Below, in pieces: positions 24,401 to 37,399 of a DNA stretch of 64,000 nt. The notes beneath the pieces were generated by a model. It saw nothing but the letters and a program-made list of their open reading frames with translations. It had not been told where the DNA came from and did not search any database. The stretch's first letter is position 1. The number at the start of each line of letters is the position of its first letter. Source of the stretch: Ginglymostoma cirratum (lineage: Eukaryota); the NCBI GenBank assembly GCA_024137785.1, contig JAHRHZ010000018.1, positions 36,612,543-36,676,542 of the forward strand, given 5' to 3'. The translations under genes and the position numbers were made by a program.

Positions 24401-27400
24401 CTCAAAAATGGGGAGCAGAGGGGGTACAGGCTGTGACTTCTTGCTTGCAGAAGTGTCCTTGCTGCTGCTAGTGTCTACATAAGAAAAGAAAGGGAAATAG
24501 TTGGAAAAGATGGATACCGTCTTGTGCCACAGAAAACAAATGAGTTAGTGCTGTTGGCAATTGGAGAGGACCAGAGCACATTTCAGAATGTCGGCTATGA
24601 GTTGTAGTCCATCACTCTTTGTGAGATATGGGTGCAGTGGCAGACTTAGAGTAAGGCAGCAGAGTGAAGATAGTGCCATTTACTTTTATAGAGTGCAGGA
24701 TGTCATTGACCTACTTTCTGTATTTGTGGTCACCATTTTTAATGGTGGCGATGGCACTGACCTAAGCTGTAATGTCTGTCCAGGCTGAGTGCATTTGTTG
24801 GTATTGCCTGTTATTGCAATCAGCCAAGAAGAGGACTGACTTTCAGTCCATCACCCAATTCATTACGAACTTGAGATCTTTCTCCATGAGGCGAGCAACT
24901 AGTTTATTTTCCTCTGTGCCATGTGTTGGGTCAGTAGAGGTGAGCACTACAGAACAAAAGTAGTTCCTGGCTTGCAGTGATGATTAATTGGACTTTGAAT
25001 ATTAGAGCCAAAGCCTTGGAAATCAGAGGTCCCAGAAGTGGTGAACACTTCTGTTTTGCTGACCATGTGATTTGCAAAGTAACACAGACAACTTCTTGTT
25101 TACATAAATAATGAGGTGTGATTATGCGGATAACAAGCCTTGGGGCATGGCAAAAATGATACCATGATATTCACTTGCCATCACTCTTTGACTTCAAATG
25201 GGGAAATCACAGCCCTAATTTTCAATGCAGAAAGACATGGCAAACCTAATGACAAAACTGCCAAGATTAGTTTCCTGAACTGATAGTTGTCCTGAGTATT
25301 TATGTCACAACATATTTCTGGTTAACTTGACATTGTTTTATTCTGTCCTAACTATCCATTCAGATAAACCAATTCTTGAATCTTGAAGGATTCTTGAATC
25401 CTTACCATACGTGCTCCTACTGCACAAATGATGATGGGCATTCCATATTTTGGACACAGATGCCTGATTTACATTATGTTACACCGGGTGCTCAAGACAT
25501 AATGTCATGTAGTGATTGCATCAAGTAATGGGAGTACGTGTACTAGCCTCACACCAGGCTTTCAGAAAATTTGGTAGCTTTCCCCTAATGTCACTGGTGC
25601 ATCTGAACATTAATATAGCTGTGTGCCTCCATTGTTGCTGTTCATTCCCATTACCCCTCCGAACCACCAAGCTTGCCCCCCTACCCCCCACCCCACCCCC
25701 AACATGCACACACAGACCTACACACACAACCCTCCATCTTATAACAATAATTACATTTCAAAGTACTTTATATGTTGTTAGGTGGTTTGGGATGTTCCAA
25801 AGTTGTGGCAGGGGCTACATAAATACACATTTTCCTTTTTGTTGGTTCTTACCCTATGTTTTCATTGCTTCCGTTCTATCCACACTTTTCTCTGTGCTAC
25901 AGAACTGCCAAGTGCTCAATGCTCGGTCAGCAGCCTTCCATTAATAATATTTGGCACTCCAAGTGTGTAATGGGTGACATGCTCAGAACACAAGACAATG
26001 AGGGCAATGAGCTGATGAGACGTCTTTTGGGAAGGTCAGTACACTTGTTTGGAGCTGCTGGTGAGGCTGTACACGGGGTGAATAACCAACACCTACAATC
26101 TATTATGAAGGGGTTTCACACTGAAAAATCATCGAGTGCAACCTCGCTGCACGATGAATGTTAATTTACTGGGAGGTACGATGAACTGTATGTTGCACAG
26201 GAGTCTGTCACTGTAAGCATTCCTTAAACTTGTAACATTTCAATAGTACAGCTGTGGTGACAGGACACAGTGGCACATAATGAAATGGAGCATTTCAGAT
26301 TTGGGGGAAAGGTCATAATTTCAAGACCTTAGTGCCATACTCAAATTCATCATCATGTGTGTCAAGAATACAAGGAATAATGAGACCCCAGGAACACCCC
26401 TACCCTTTGTCAGTAAGTACATTGCCTGTGTTCTTATCATCAATTTGACAATATCTAAATGAAAAATTTTCTAATAGCTTCTTGCTGGTGGCAATATATT
26501 ATCACTGTAATATGTGTGGAGAAAGTGGAATTTAGAAATTATGTAGGAAATGTTCACAACCATTAAATTAATTTTGATATACTGTATTTTAGTAAATATT
26601 TCCTTTTCCAACTAAATTAGAAGTAGGATATGTTGAACTTGTGAGAAATAAGGACCACTTAATTTTCATTATCAAACTGAAAGAATTTGTTATTTTAAAA
26701 TAGTTTTGTCTTATCTTAGAAACGTGAAAAATGCCCATTGTGAATTTTGATTAATATCCACCAATGAAATTGTACAAACATGTGGAGTCTAGTTTTAGAC
26801 TCTTCAAAATGAGGAAACATCTGCATCTGCAATGTTAGGTCTACTCAGAATTTGAATGAGATCACACTTCATTCTTCTAAACTCCAGTGAGGATAGGTCC
26901 ATTCTGTGCAATGAGGACAATACTATCCTCCATAGAGTCAGTGTAGTGGACACTTGTTGCATCCCCTTTACTACATCCCTCATTAGGTGAAGAGATTTTT
27001 AGTCCTCCTGGTGTGGTCTCACCAAATACTTGTACATTGCAAATTGACTTCTTAATTCTTACATGTTTGCATTTCTTGCATTCGTGCATTCTACTTAATG
27101 TGGCTGATTCTTAACTGCCCGCTGGGCAATTAGGGATCGGCAATAAATGAAGCCTAGCCAGCCACTCCCTCATTCCGTGATTGCATAAAAAAACTCTATC
27201 TCTTGCAACAGAGACCAACATATCATTTGCTTTTTTATTTGCTTGCTGTACCGTCATGCTTACTTTCTGTATTTGTTTTACAAGCACACCCAAATCCGTC
27301 CGAACAATAGCATGACTTCTTTTCACCATTTAAAAGATATTTAGTTTTTCTACTCTTCCTACCAAGATCATGTGGCATTGAATTTCCTCACTTCTGGCTC

Positions 27401-27419
27401 ATTTCAAGGATCAGTTGCA

Positions 27420-27700
27420 GTCATCAGTGACATTTCGCAAATGGTTACACAGCAGTGCAACTCACAGGTTACTGATCCCCTATTTTCCTGACTTGAGCAG
27501 TACCCTGAATTCCAGGCTGATGGAGTGTTACAGGGACAGAGGGCAGTGGGTGTCACTGGCATCACTGGATTGCCTCAGGTACCTGCAGAGCGTCACCAAT
27601 TGCACCCATGTGGCCATCAATGAACGTAGTGACTGCCTCATCAAAGTTATCAGCAGGAAAGACTTCCATTTCCTCAACGTTTATTCGTCTGCAACCACAA
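27420..27700 (+). mobile_element. Harbinger transposase fragment
   Basis: GLPQV/QSVTNCTHVAINERSD..VISRKDFHFLNV versus the HARBI1-type FPQVQGAIDCTHVAI..FINRKGFHSLNV. Confidence 0.7.
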
Positions 27701-29172
27701 CAAAATTGCTTTATAATTATGTTATTCATAAATTCCGGCAGTAAACTGTTTTGTGAATATTTTCCCTGGATTACCACATTCTCTGTCACACTGCTGTCAC
27801 GTGCTGATTGACAATGGATCAGTCTATTACTCTTCCAGTCACATGGAGAGATGCAATAAATACACACAATGAAACTTTAGCATTTTTGAGTCTAAAATGT
27901 GTTTATTTCTGAGCCATGGAAAGCAAAAGACTTAAAATGCCAGAAGTGAGAGGTTTATGAGTAAACCTGAAAACATTCTACACTACTTTAATACTGAATT
28001 ATATTGAAAAGTCCATATAAATTAGTGTCAAAGAAAGAAAAACTGGAGTGAATCATGCTGGCCTGAAACTGAAGAGGGTGTGAAAGAGAGGGGAGAATTT
28101 TGAGATTAGAACACAGAGCAGTATCATCATGTTCAAACTATACTGGAAGATTGTTCCTGGAAATTTGAAAGAAAACGGTTATCCAGAGAAATCTGTTCTG
28201 AAACCAAGCAACATCTTGCTAGAAGCGTACATAGAACTGAGATTTGACAGGTAGGAACAACACAAATCAGTGAGGGAAGGAGGAAAAGGAAACTGAATGT
28301 TCTGTGGTCTTGCTTTCCTGGGGTTGAACAGTTGCAAAGAGCTGCAACTGATCTCAGTAAATCATATGGCAAAAGATCATGGTATAAAAATCCATCATGT
28401 ACTGTATCATACCACCAAAATAGAATCAGATGACATATTAGACCAGCAAAGATGAAGAGTTACAAATGCTGTCTCAGCAAGTGATCCAGGGAAGGCCTGA
28501 CATGATACAGCAAACACAGCCAGCGGTATGGCCATACTGGTCTATCACAGATAACATCTCACTGGAAGATACCAGCCAAAACGAGAATAAACATTTCCAA
28601 ATGTTGCAGGAAGAACTTTTCTAAAACAAACACAAAGTCCACATGGAATAGAGAAATTTAAGCTCAAAGTCACATCAGCTGTTTACTAAAAAGTCTTCTC
28701 CAAAAAAAAAGTGCCGAATGAATAGTATTTACATGCAATGTATGCCAGAGGAGCAGAAATACACAACAGAAGGAAGAGATAATAGCTACTAAAATACCAT
28801 TCAGAACAAGGCATTCCATAACAGCAATTTAGTCACACTCAATCAAAACCTGTACTTTGTTGTTTGTAGACGTCTACTCAAAACATGTTCAAAAAGCAAA
28901 CAAAGAAACTAATTTTGAAATATCTGAAGGTTTCCTGTGATCTTAATCAAAACCTATACGGTTAGTTTAAGACTTTCCAAGGACTGCTCCTCCCTCAAAT
29001 TGGCTACTGCAGTGGATGTATTTTCTGGGGTAGAATAGGCTGTTTATTGTGCCTTCCTATATCTTCTCTGTTCTCAAACTGCTGTTTACTTTTCCTACTC
29101 CTATTAAACCACATTGTACCCTAGCAATGACTATCTTCTCCTTACTTTCCAACCAAAACCTCTCTGCTGTCT

Positions 29173-30100
29173 TGTTATAAAGCGGAGGTCAATCCCCCTC
29201 TAATAACTAAAACCAAAATACCTAGAGAGGCTTGCCTTGCCCTATAATCTGTTAAAAGAAGTGTGAAAAGTGGTATAACCTGCCTCTCATCCTCAAGCTG
29301 TTATAAAGGAGTGGTTAAATGAAATGAACTCCTTTAGTCACTCTATAAACAACAAGTAAAAATTTATTTATCCAACTCTAACAGTGAACAAATTAACTGA
29401 ACCATTAACACACTGAACAATTCCCCCTTAACTACTAACTATTCTTGAAAAGAAAACAAAATTCTAACGGCACTCTATTCCAATTTAAAAAGTTAAAACT
29501 TAGTCTCCCGTAATAACAGCCAATATATATCTTTCAGAATGTTCTGCGCCTTCTCCGCTGATCTTCAGTCAGGAACACCTTTCTCCGTTGAATTCTCGTG
29601 TCAGGAATATCAGCTAAGAGTGCCGCTGTACCTTTATTCAGATGATGGTTACTCTGAGAGCATGGAGAATTCTGTGAGAGTCAGTAATTTTCTCTTTAGA
29701 GCTGATGTTGTTAACTTTAATAAATTGCAGTTGCTCTCACACCGATTTTCAAATACCCTCTTCTTTTATACCCTTGGTGATATATCAATTTCTTACAGTA
29801 GGATGTCAAGTAGGATGACTATGTTGTCAAAGCCATCAGATTTAAATTTAATTAGTTTTTAGTCTCTAAATGCCTGGTTTACATTAATTGTCTGATATTC
29901 AGAATGGTTGCTTTGCTAACAAAACAAAACTGCTGTCTGGATTGCTAACCACACAGCGTTTGATACAAATGTTTCAGTTTCAGGAGCTCTCTGTGTATCT
30001 GCAACCCACAAGCTACCACAGACTTCTTTTGCATTTCTAAGCTCAGAAAAAGCACATCACCTTTTAATGGGACCACACACATATCCCCCCTGTCATTTTA
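29173..30100 (-). mobile_element. Probable solo LTR
   Basis: Starts tgttataaa and ends ..tttaca; minus-strand AATAAA at about 29364-29369; non-coding. Confidence 0.35.
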
Positions 30101-30214
30101 CAAACATCAAATTCTAATGTTCCGCCATCCAATCCACAAATATTCTACAAAACTTTGCAACACTGTCAATATTTATCTTTCACCCAACATCAGCATTGAA
30201 AACAAACAGAATAC

Positions 30215-30365
30215 TTGGTCATTATCAGACTGCTATTTGAGGGCTTGCTGTGCACTTCTTTTGTTGCTGCTTTTCCTGCACTATAAAAGTAATCATTCTT
30301 CAGAAGTGCCTTACTGGATATAAAGCATTTTAGTAATACAAGGCTCTATAAAAATGCAAATGTTT
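30215..30365 (+). mobile_element. Deu-domain SINE (SacSINE1/AmnSINE-like) 3' part
   Basis: gctatttgagggcttgctgtgcac..ttcctgcactata..cttcagaagt..taaagcatttt..ctataaaaatgcaa; similar to the copies at 32070 and 42040. Confidence 0.6.
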
Positions 30366-31056
30366 TCCTTTCTTTCCTTTTCCATTTCTAGCACCACAAT
30401 ACTGTTACTCCAAATATTTCCTTTCCAAAAGCCAACTGATCATATAGGTTTTCCACATTTGAGGAATTATGCTTCATCTTTAGTTGTGTGACAATGATAG
30501 GTCCCTGACCTGCATTGAGTGTCCTCAGGTAAAGTTTATGTGGTGGGTTCTTGGCTTCCACCTGCAGGTATTGGCATAGGGTATGGGAAATGGGAAGCAC
30601 GTTGTCTGGCGTTTTCCCACCAGTTGAATGTAATTATGATATTTATCTAATCTCACTTCTGCTAGAATACTGGAAATGGCAGGGGAAACAGGAAACCGGT
30701 ATAACAGCTTCTAAAGAAGTTCTGTCACATTCACAAAAGCCAACACGAGGCTAATGCAAAATCTAGGCCGTACTAATTTGTTTCCTTTGAAAATACCCAG
30801 TTTTTAACTTCTGCCTACTTTGTTGCAAATTATTAAAGAGAACAAGATATTTGATTGACTCAGAAAGGTTTCTCTCTTGAGATTTAAAAGTGTCACAAAA
30901 CTTCAAAAAGAAAGAAATTATGCATGCTCTGACTGCATATAAATTTAACAATTAGGAGACTGTAGAACTGGAAACATTGGAAATAAATCAATTTGTTCAA
31001 AGTCTTTGATGTGTTCTTTACATAAACTAAACTTTGCTATTTTCTTTACATCAATG

Positions 31057-31362
31057 GAATGAAGTGTGCATTGAAGCTTGTATGGTCGCTGGTTGTGCTT
31101 CCAGTGAATGGGCCTTAGCACAAACTCCAGAAGTTCCACCTACTCTGCAACCCAGGCCTGTCTTTGAATTGCAGAGTGACACAAAAGAAATGTTTTTACT
31201 ATGATGGAGAGAGCCCAAAGAGCCCAATGGTGAATTACTGTATTATGAACTGCACAGAAGACAAGTCATACATCCATTAAGGGAAACAGAGTTGGTTCTT
31301 GTTTACAATGATTCTTCCTTTTTACTTCAGTGTTACTTCTTTTTGCTGCATATGAATATCAG
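31057..31362 (+). pseudogene. USH2A: Usherin pseudo-exon homologous to human USH2A exon 64; disabled
   Basis: NEVCIEACMVAGCASSEWALAQTPEVPPTLQPRP..LL*WREPKEPNGELLYYELHRRQV..VLVYNDSS/..YEYQ|gtgaaa versus human YEIRIQACTTLGCASSDWTFIQTPEIAP..PNGKVLYYELYRRQ..VLIYNGSS..YEYQ. TGA at 31202-31204, a frameshift near 31320, and the acceptor reads TG instead of AG. The phase-2 junction (AG|G) fits the upstream exon. Confidence 0.93.
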
Positions 31363-32069
31363 GTGAAAAGCACTTTTTTTTAAAAATCAGTAACATCATC
31401 ATTTGAATGTTGACTCCATATATTTTTAATATTTCATTTAGCAATAATCAAAATAAGGTCTTCTAAATCTAAGTCAAGTGTTTTGAACACCTACAAAGTA
31501 GAGGAATGAAGATCTGACTCATAAACATTAAAAATCCTCTTCAAAAAAAATTGATTCTAAAAACCACTATCACGAGGTACCCAATGGTCAAAGATCTCTC
31601 TCAGGAACTACCTGCTTCCTTGATGTATTTATTTTATGGCAATTTGTTTTCTTTGTTCTCAGGCACAAAACATAAAGTATTCTTCTTCATTGCAGAAAGG
31701 AATTAGAAACAGACCATAAAAACAACAGGTCAGTATTCCTATTATTGATTGTACCATAGCTCGTATAAAACAGAAAATGAGAAATATTGAAAAATGAGAA
31801 ACATTGTAACGTCGTAATCTCAACAACATGCTTTGTGTTGATTAATTTGTCTTCAGGACAAATTGGTTGCCTTTTAATGCTTTCAAACTCATGATCTAGA
31901 TGGGGAATGATTTTGTGTCCAGCACAACATTAATGCAGTCTTTCTTGATATTTCTTGAACATGTAAAAGTGTTGTAGCATCCCTGGTTCATTCAGAACAT
32001 ATTATTTTGTGACAAGTCTCAGCCAATATTTGTCCTTTAATCAATATAAAAATAAAACCTATTCCTGAT

Positions 32070-32220
32070 CATTATATAGCACCGCTATTTGTAGGAATTG
32101 CTGTGTGCAAATTGGCTGACGTGTTTCCTATGTTGATTACTTTTCCAAAGAATTTAATTGGTGGCACAGCACTTTGAGATGTCCAGAAGTCAGAAAAAAT
32201 ATTATACAAAGGAAAATCTA
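32070..32220 (+). mobile_element. Deu-domain SINE 3' part
   Basis: gctatttgtaggaattgctgtgtgcaaattggctgacgtgtttcctat..attggtggcacagcactttgagatgtcc. Confidence 0.65.
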
Positions 32221-33829
32221 TTCTTTAAATTCTGCTTATTTCTGAATTCTCAGACAATAGAACTACTGGGACACGAGAACCGAATTTGTTTGTAACATTA
32301 ACTTGTAAGAGCCTAATTCAGAATACATTTGTGCTTACACTTTTACTAACTTACAAAATTTTTTTGGTAGATATTATCAAAACAGTTTTTTTCTGTTTAC
32401 TAATAACACTGCACTTTAAGGACTGATTAATAAGAAGCTATTCTGATGGTGACAATGTAACCACCGTTAATTGTCATAAAAACCCAACTAGTTTATTAAT
32501 GTCCTTCAGGAAGCGCAATCTGCCTTGCTTACTGATCTGGCATGCATATGACTCTGGCAACGTGGTTGACTTTTAGGCAATAAATGTGGGCTAAGCCATG
32601 ATGGCCTCACCCCATGAACTTTTTTTTAAAAAATCACCTACTCCAAGTCATGGAGAATGTGGAAAGTCAGAGACTTGGTGGGGACAGGAGGAAGGGATTG
32701 TGGTTAAACTTAATATACTTGTTTAATCAATTGTGTAATGAGTTAAACAAGGGGAAACCAAACTTGAGCAGGGTGGGGGAGGTGGATGAGATGTTCTCTA
32801 AGGCAGTATAATGAAAGGATTAACTTGGAGGCTCTGGAATACCTCTGTCAGCTGATATATAAATGATGGTCTCTGGGAGGAGTTTTGTAATTTGTTTTTA
32901 GTCGTACATTCTACAGCCATTATGCATAGATCTATTTACTATTTCTTTGGAAGTAAGCGTGTCTCTTCCTAGAGTTAATGTAGTTAACTAGCCTTGAGCT
33001 TATGTAACCTATATTTTATTATTATGTAATAAATTACATCTTGATGCTCAATTCAGCCTCTTCTGCTGAAGACTACTTGGTTAATCCTTCACCATTTAAT
33101 ACGAGTAAGCTCTGTAGGTGAGTATTACAGCAACTGTTGATAGCAATAAGATCTATCAAAACATGGTCCTAGCACAATCAAGCGCCAGACCCAGGCACCT
33201 CTTACAATATTCTCATCTCCAGTGCCAGATGGAATAACTAGCGACAGATAAAATCAGAATTAATAATCACCACATTTAGTGTTGGAATGACTAAGTCAAT
33301 CACTTTGTTAAAGGAAAGGCTACTTTGATGTTGACCACAGCTATTCTGTAAAGGTCACATTATGGCAATTAGTATGCACATTTCTCTCTTTATGTTGGCG
33401 CCCATATCTAGTGACAAAACAATCATGATGATGATGTAGTCAAAGGGTGGGATAACTTAACTAAAATTTGAATTTATTTTAAATTCGTATTCTTAATCTT
33501 CTATAAATTGGACTTTACCCTGAAATTAAATTATTGCAGTCCTGTTTGTAGGGAATAAGTGTTTAACAAAATCTTCTGAATTCCGTACAATCCAAAATCA
33601 TAACCACCACTGAAAAGAATTAAGATGATCTATTCCATGGCAGAATATTGCAATAGCAACATCAGGATTCTGCCTCTTTTGAGCAGAAATCCAAATCTAT
33701 GAATAGTGGCGCAAGCTAAATTAAAGCTGAATTGAAGTATGAAGTATAATTTTTATCATCTAAATGCAAATTTTCTAATTTTTCCTTTGCTCCAAAAACT
33801 AATATAAATCAAATTTATGAAACACACAG

Positions 33830-35400
33830 GGAAAAGGAGTTGGCTCATAAGCCCATCATAGCTGCTTGTTTACTGCATATGACTTCCTCACCTTATCTCC
33901 ACGCACAATCCTTATCCTAGTGTCCAGAATCACATTGATTTTTGTCTTGAACATGCTCAGTGATTGACATTCCACAGCTTTCAGGGTGGTAAATGCCAAA
34001 GATTCCTCACTACCTTTTAGTGATTGATGCAGTAAGATACTTGGGTCCCTTTGGACATCAACACTTTCCAAACTCTCACTATTTAAGAAATATCCTTTCT
34101 GTCTTTGTTTCTACCAAGCTGGATAATGCCACACTTAATCACAGTACATTGCATCTGCCATATTCACGCCTTTCACTTAGTCTGTCTAAGTGTCATTGGA
34201 ATCTTCTTGCATCCTCCTTGCAACTTGCATTCTCACCTAGTTTTGTGCCATTGGCAAATTTGGAAATATTGTATTTGGTCCCCAAATCTAAATCCTTTAT
34301 ATAGGTTTGGAACAGCTATGGTCCCAACATTGATTCACGTCGTATCCCAAGAGTAACAGCCAGGCATTGTGAGAACTTCCTATTCATTACTAAACTGTGT
34401 TTTGTGTCTGTTAATCAATTCTCAATCCATACCAGTTTATTATCACCAATCCTGTGTGCTCTAATTTTGTCTAAAAACTTTCTGTGTGGCACTTTATGAA
34501 AAGCTGTCTCTATATGCAAACGCAACCACACCTATTTGTTCTTTATCTATACTCCAAGTAACAACTTCAAATTACTCCAACAGTTTTGTCAAACATAATT
34601 TCCCTTTCATAATTCCACATTTACTCTGCTCAATAAAATCATTATTTTCCAAGTTTCTAGTCATCATATCCTTTATAACCGTTTTAAACATTTTCCCTTC
34701 TACCAAATTCAAACTCACATGTTTGTAGTTTTCCATTTTCCCTCTCCCTCTCTTTTTACAAATGATATGAGGTTACATTTGGTATTTCCAATCCACAGGA
34801 AACTTTCTGGAATCTACAGGATATTGAAAGATAACCAAAAGTGTGTTCATTAACTCTATTGCTACCTTTTTCAACTCTCTGTGATGTAGCTTATCTGGTC
34901 CAGAGGATTTGTCAACCATCAATGCAGTTAATTTTACTCATAATAACTCTTAAATAATATTAATTTTATTCAGTTCTTCATTTTCACAAGTCCCTAGCCT
35001 TCTGAGCATTCCTGAAAGATTTTCTATATCTACCTCTGTGAAGATGAACACGAATTAATTGTTTTGTTTCTTAGACATTTTCCTATTCTCTATTATAAAT
35101 GTTCCACCTACAATGGAACCAGTGTTCCTTGCTAGTATTTTCCTTTTCCACAAACCTAAAGAAGCCTTTACAGTTCATCTTTATTGTTAATGCTAGCTTA
35201 CATTCATATTCTCTTTCCCCTTTCTTTATCAATTTCTTGGTCACCATTGATGGATTCTAAAATGATCTCAATCTTTGGGCTTACCACTTTTTCTGGCAAA
35301 TGTGTAAATCACTTTGCTTGATCTAATGCAATCTTTAACTTCTTTTGTAAGCCACAGTTGATTCACCTTTCCTGTTGGGTTTCTATATCTTTAAGGAGTA
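33830..35400 (-). mobile_element. Decayed CR1 LINE ORF2 fragment
   Basis: Minus-strand KFANGTKLG (about 34240-34260), a VDVQRD motif, and C-terminal SLSMFKTKINVILD. Confidence 0.75.
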
Positions 35401-37399
35401 TATTTTTGTTTGCAAGCCATCCAATGCTTCTTACGATTGTCACATCTTTTTGTGTATTTTCCAATCCATCGCAGCAACTTGTCTCTCATATTTATTATAT
35501 CTTTCTGTCAGGCTGAATTCTGTGCATGCTAGTCAGTGCACAAGTAAAACCATGTTTAGTCTACACTATGCTGTTAAGTCAGCATAGAGTGAATTAGTCC
35601 AGATGCTGTAAATCTTAAATAATATTGTCATAATTGGTTCTTAACTGACCTGTCAATAAATAGATTCATGCAGTGGACAATTAACCTTCTTTCTGTTGCA
35701 GATAATCTCACTCAAGCCAATGAAATCTGAAAATGTCAGTTAAAACAGAAATACAGTAACATTTTGGTTACTGTATTGCAATAATCCCAATCATTTTCAT
35801 GTTTGTTTTGACTGCAATTCTCTTTGTACTTAGCTTTTAATACTTAATGTGGGCAAAGCTGAGTTTGTAAAATAAGATATTGGAAACTAGAATTAATCAA
35901 ATATCAGGCAAGTGGACAGGTTGTTGAATCATTCTTAATTTATAAAAATAATACTCTTGCAGATGTCAAGCCTTTCTCAGAAGAGTTAGGCTAATTTTCT
36001 AACTAAGATGGCTAGAGGTGTGGGGGAAAAATTGGATTAAATACATTTTCAGGCACACCACTCATGAGGCACGATTACACAATGCCAGATTTCATTGAGT
36101 CAATTGGCACAAGCCCCTTGTGGAATCTGCTGATGAATGACTGCAAACATGGAAGAGAATCCAGCAGTGTGTATGGCCAGCACATGTTTCAGTTACCTGT
36201 ACATCTTAAAGGCAACTTGTCCTAGAAAGGAAGCCGCATTGTTTATACAGAAACTGCTATTGACTGTCTATGGGGAAATTGACTATAAGAAGAAGCTCTC
36301 CAAATGGAGCCACAGCAGTCAAGGGAGAGTTCTCCCAGGTTTTCTGATGTGGCACTGGATTTGTCAGTACAGAAGATGGCAAGTAGGGAGAAGCAATGTT
36401 TCTAAAGATGGCTAGGAGGTCCTCAAAGGAAACCCTGAGAAGGAAACAGGAGTAGGTGGCCAAGGAAGTCAATTCTCCAAGAGCCAACCTGAGAACACTT
36501 GAGTAGTGCCAGAGGCTGGGAATTCTAATATGTGTGGTCAAATGACTGCATCTTCACATGACATCTCATAATCATCATTCCACCAATATCTCATGATGCT
36601 CGATGGATCCTATCACCAACACCTCCCTGTCAGGAATATCCAGCAATCTGAATTCAGGCCTGACATTCAGATACTCCATTTTATGCTTACGCACTTTCCA
36701 ATGCTGCCAACCTCAAACTCCTTTCTTGCCGTTTCCACAGGCACAACACCCAAAATATTTCAGACAATAATAACCATTCTTCCTCATCTCTTGGAGGACA
36801 ATGTGACCAAGAACAGGAGGGAGCCAAGTAGATCCAGATCTGGACAGGCACACCTCAACTAACTCAGTCCCATGGAGAAAATGGTACTCCCCACCATGGG
36901 ATGGCTGATGCCATTGAATGTGGCACTACCAAGAACTCTCAGGATGATGGTAATGTTCTGCTTTATGCTACTTTTTAAATCATACCACAGCCTCATCCTG
37001 ACATCTGGCATGAAGTGCATACAGCAGGCAGTGTGACCATGGACCTCTAGCTTTCCAACCCTTCCCTTAAGCCACACTTCTCTTTTGCAGTTATATTTCC
37101 AGATAGCCAAGAACTGCTGTCCAAGAAACCACTGCAGCCTCATTATGAAGTTCGGGAGCTAAACCTGACTGTGGGTTGATAGTTGCAACCACCAGCTCAT
37201 AAAGAGTGTGGTGCATAACTTAGAGGGTGATATAAAAATAGGAACCAGTATGGCTAGAATCATTGGCACAAACAAGCTTCAACGAGTCTACAGGGAAAGA
37301 ATGTTTAGCATGCCAAATCAGTAGACACCGTGTTCTCAGACAGGGATTCTCAGGCGAGGAATCTCAGACGAGGACTAAGATTGGGTGATGTACAAGAGA

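Larger units (their letters stand above)
20975..25215. mobile_element. Near full-length decayed PIF/Harbinger transposon: transposase (+, about 21260-21900) and Myb/SANT protein (-, about 23100-24910)
   Basis: VFVNRKILHSLNLQLICDH*SNILEICARYSGSC..LMGNKG..TRAVVQQVIGLLRVTF*CL is HARBI1-like DDE. Minus strand RLMEKDLKFVMNWVMD*KSVLF..SAWTDITA*VSAIATIKNGDHKYRK*VNDILHS is Myb/SANT-like. Loose TIRs with TAA on both sides (20972-20974, 25216-25218); boundaries tentative. Confidence 0.75.

Noticed and set aside
36800-37200. Possible additional minus-strand Harbinger transposase fragment
   Set aside because: Motifs too degenerate to call by eye.
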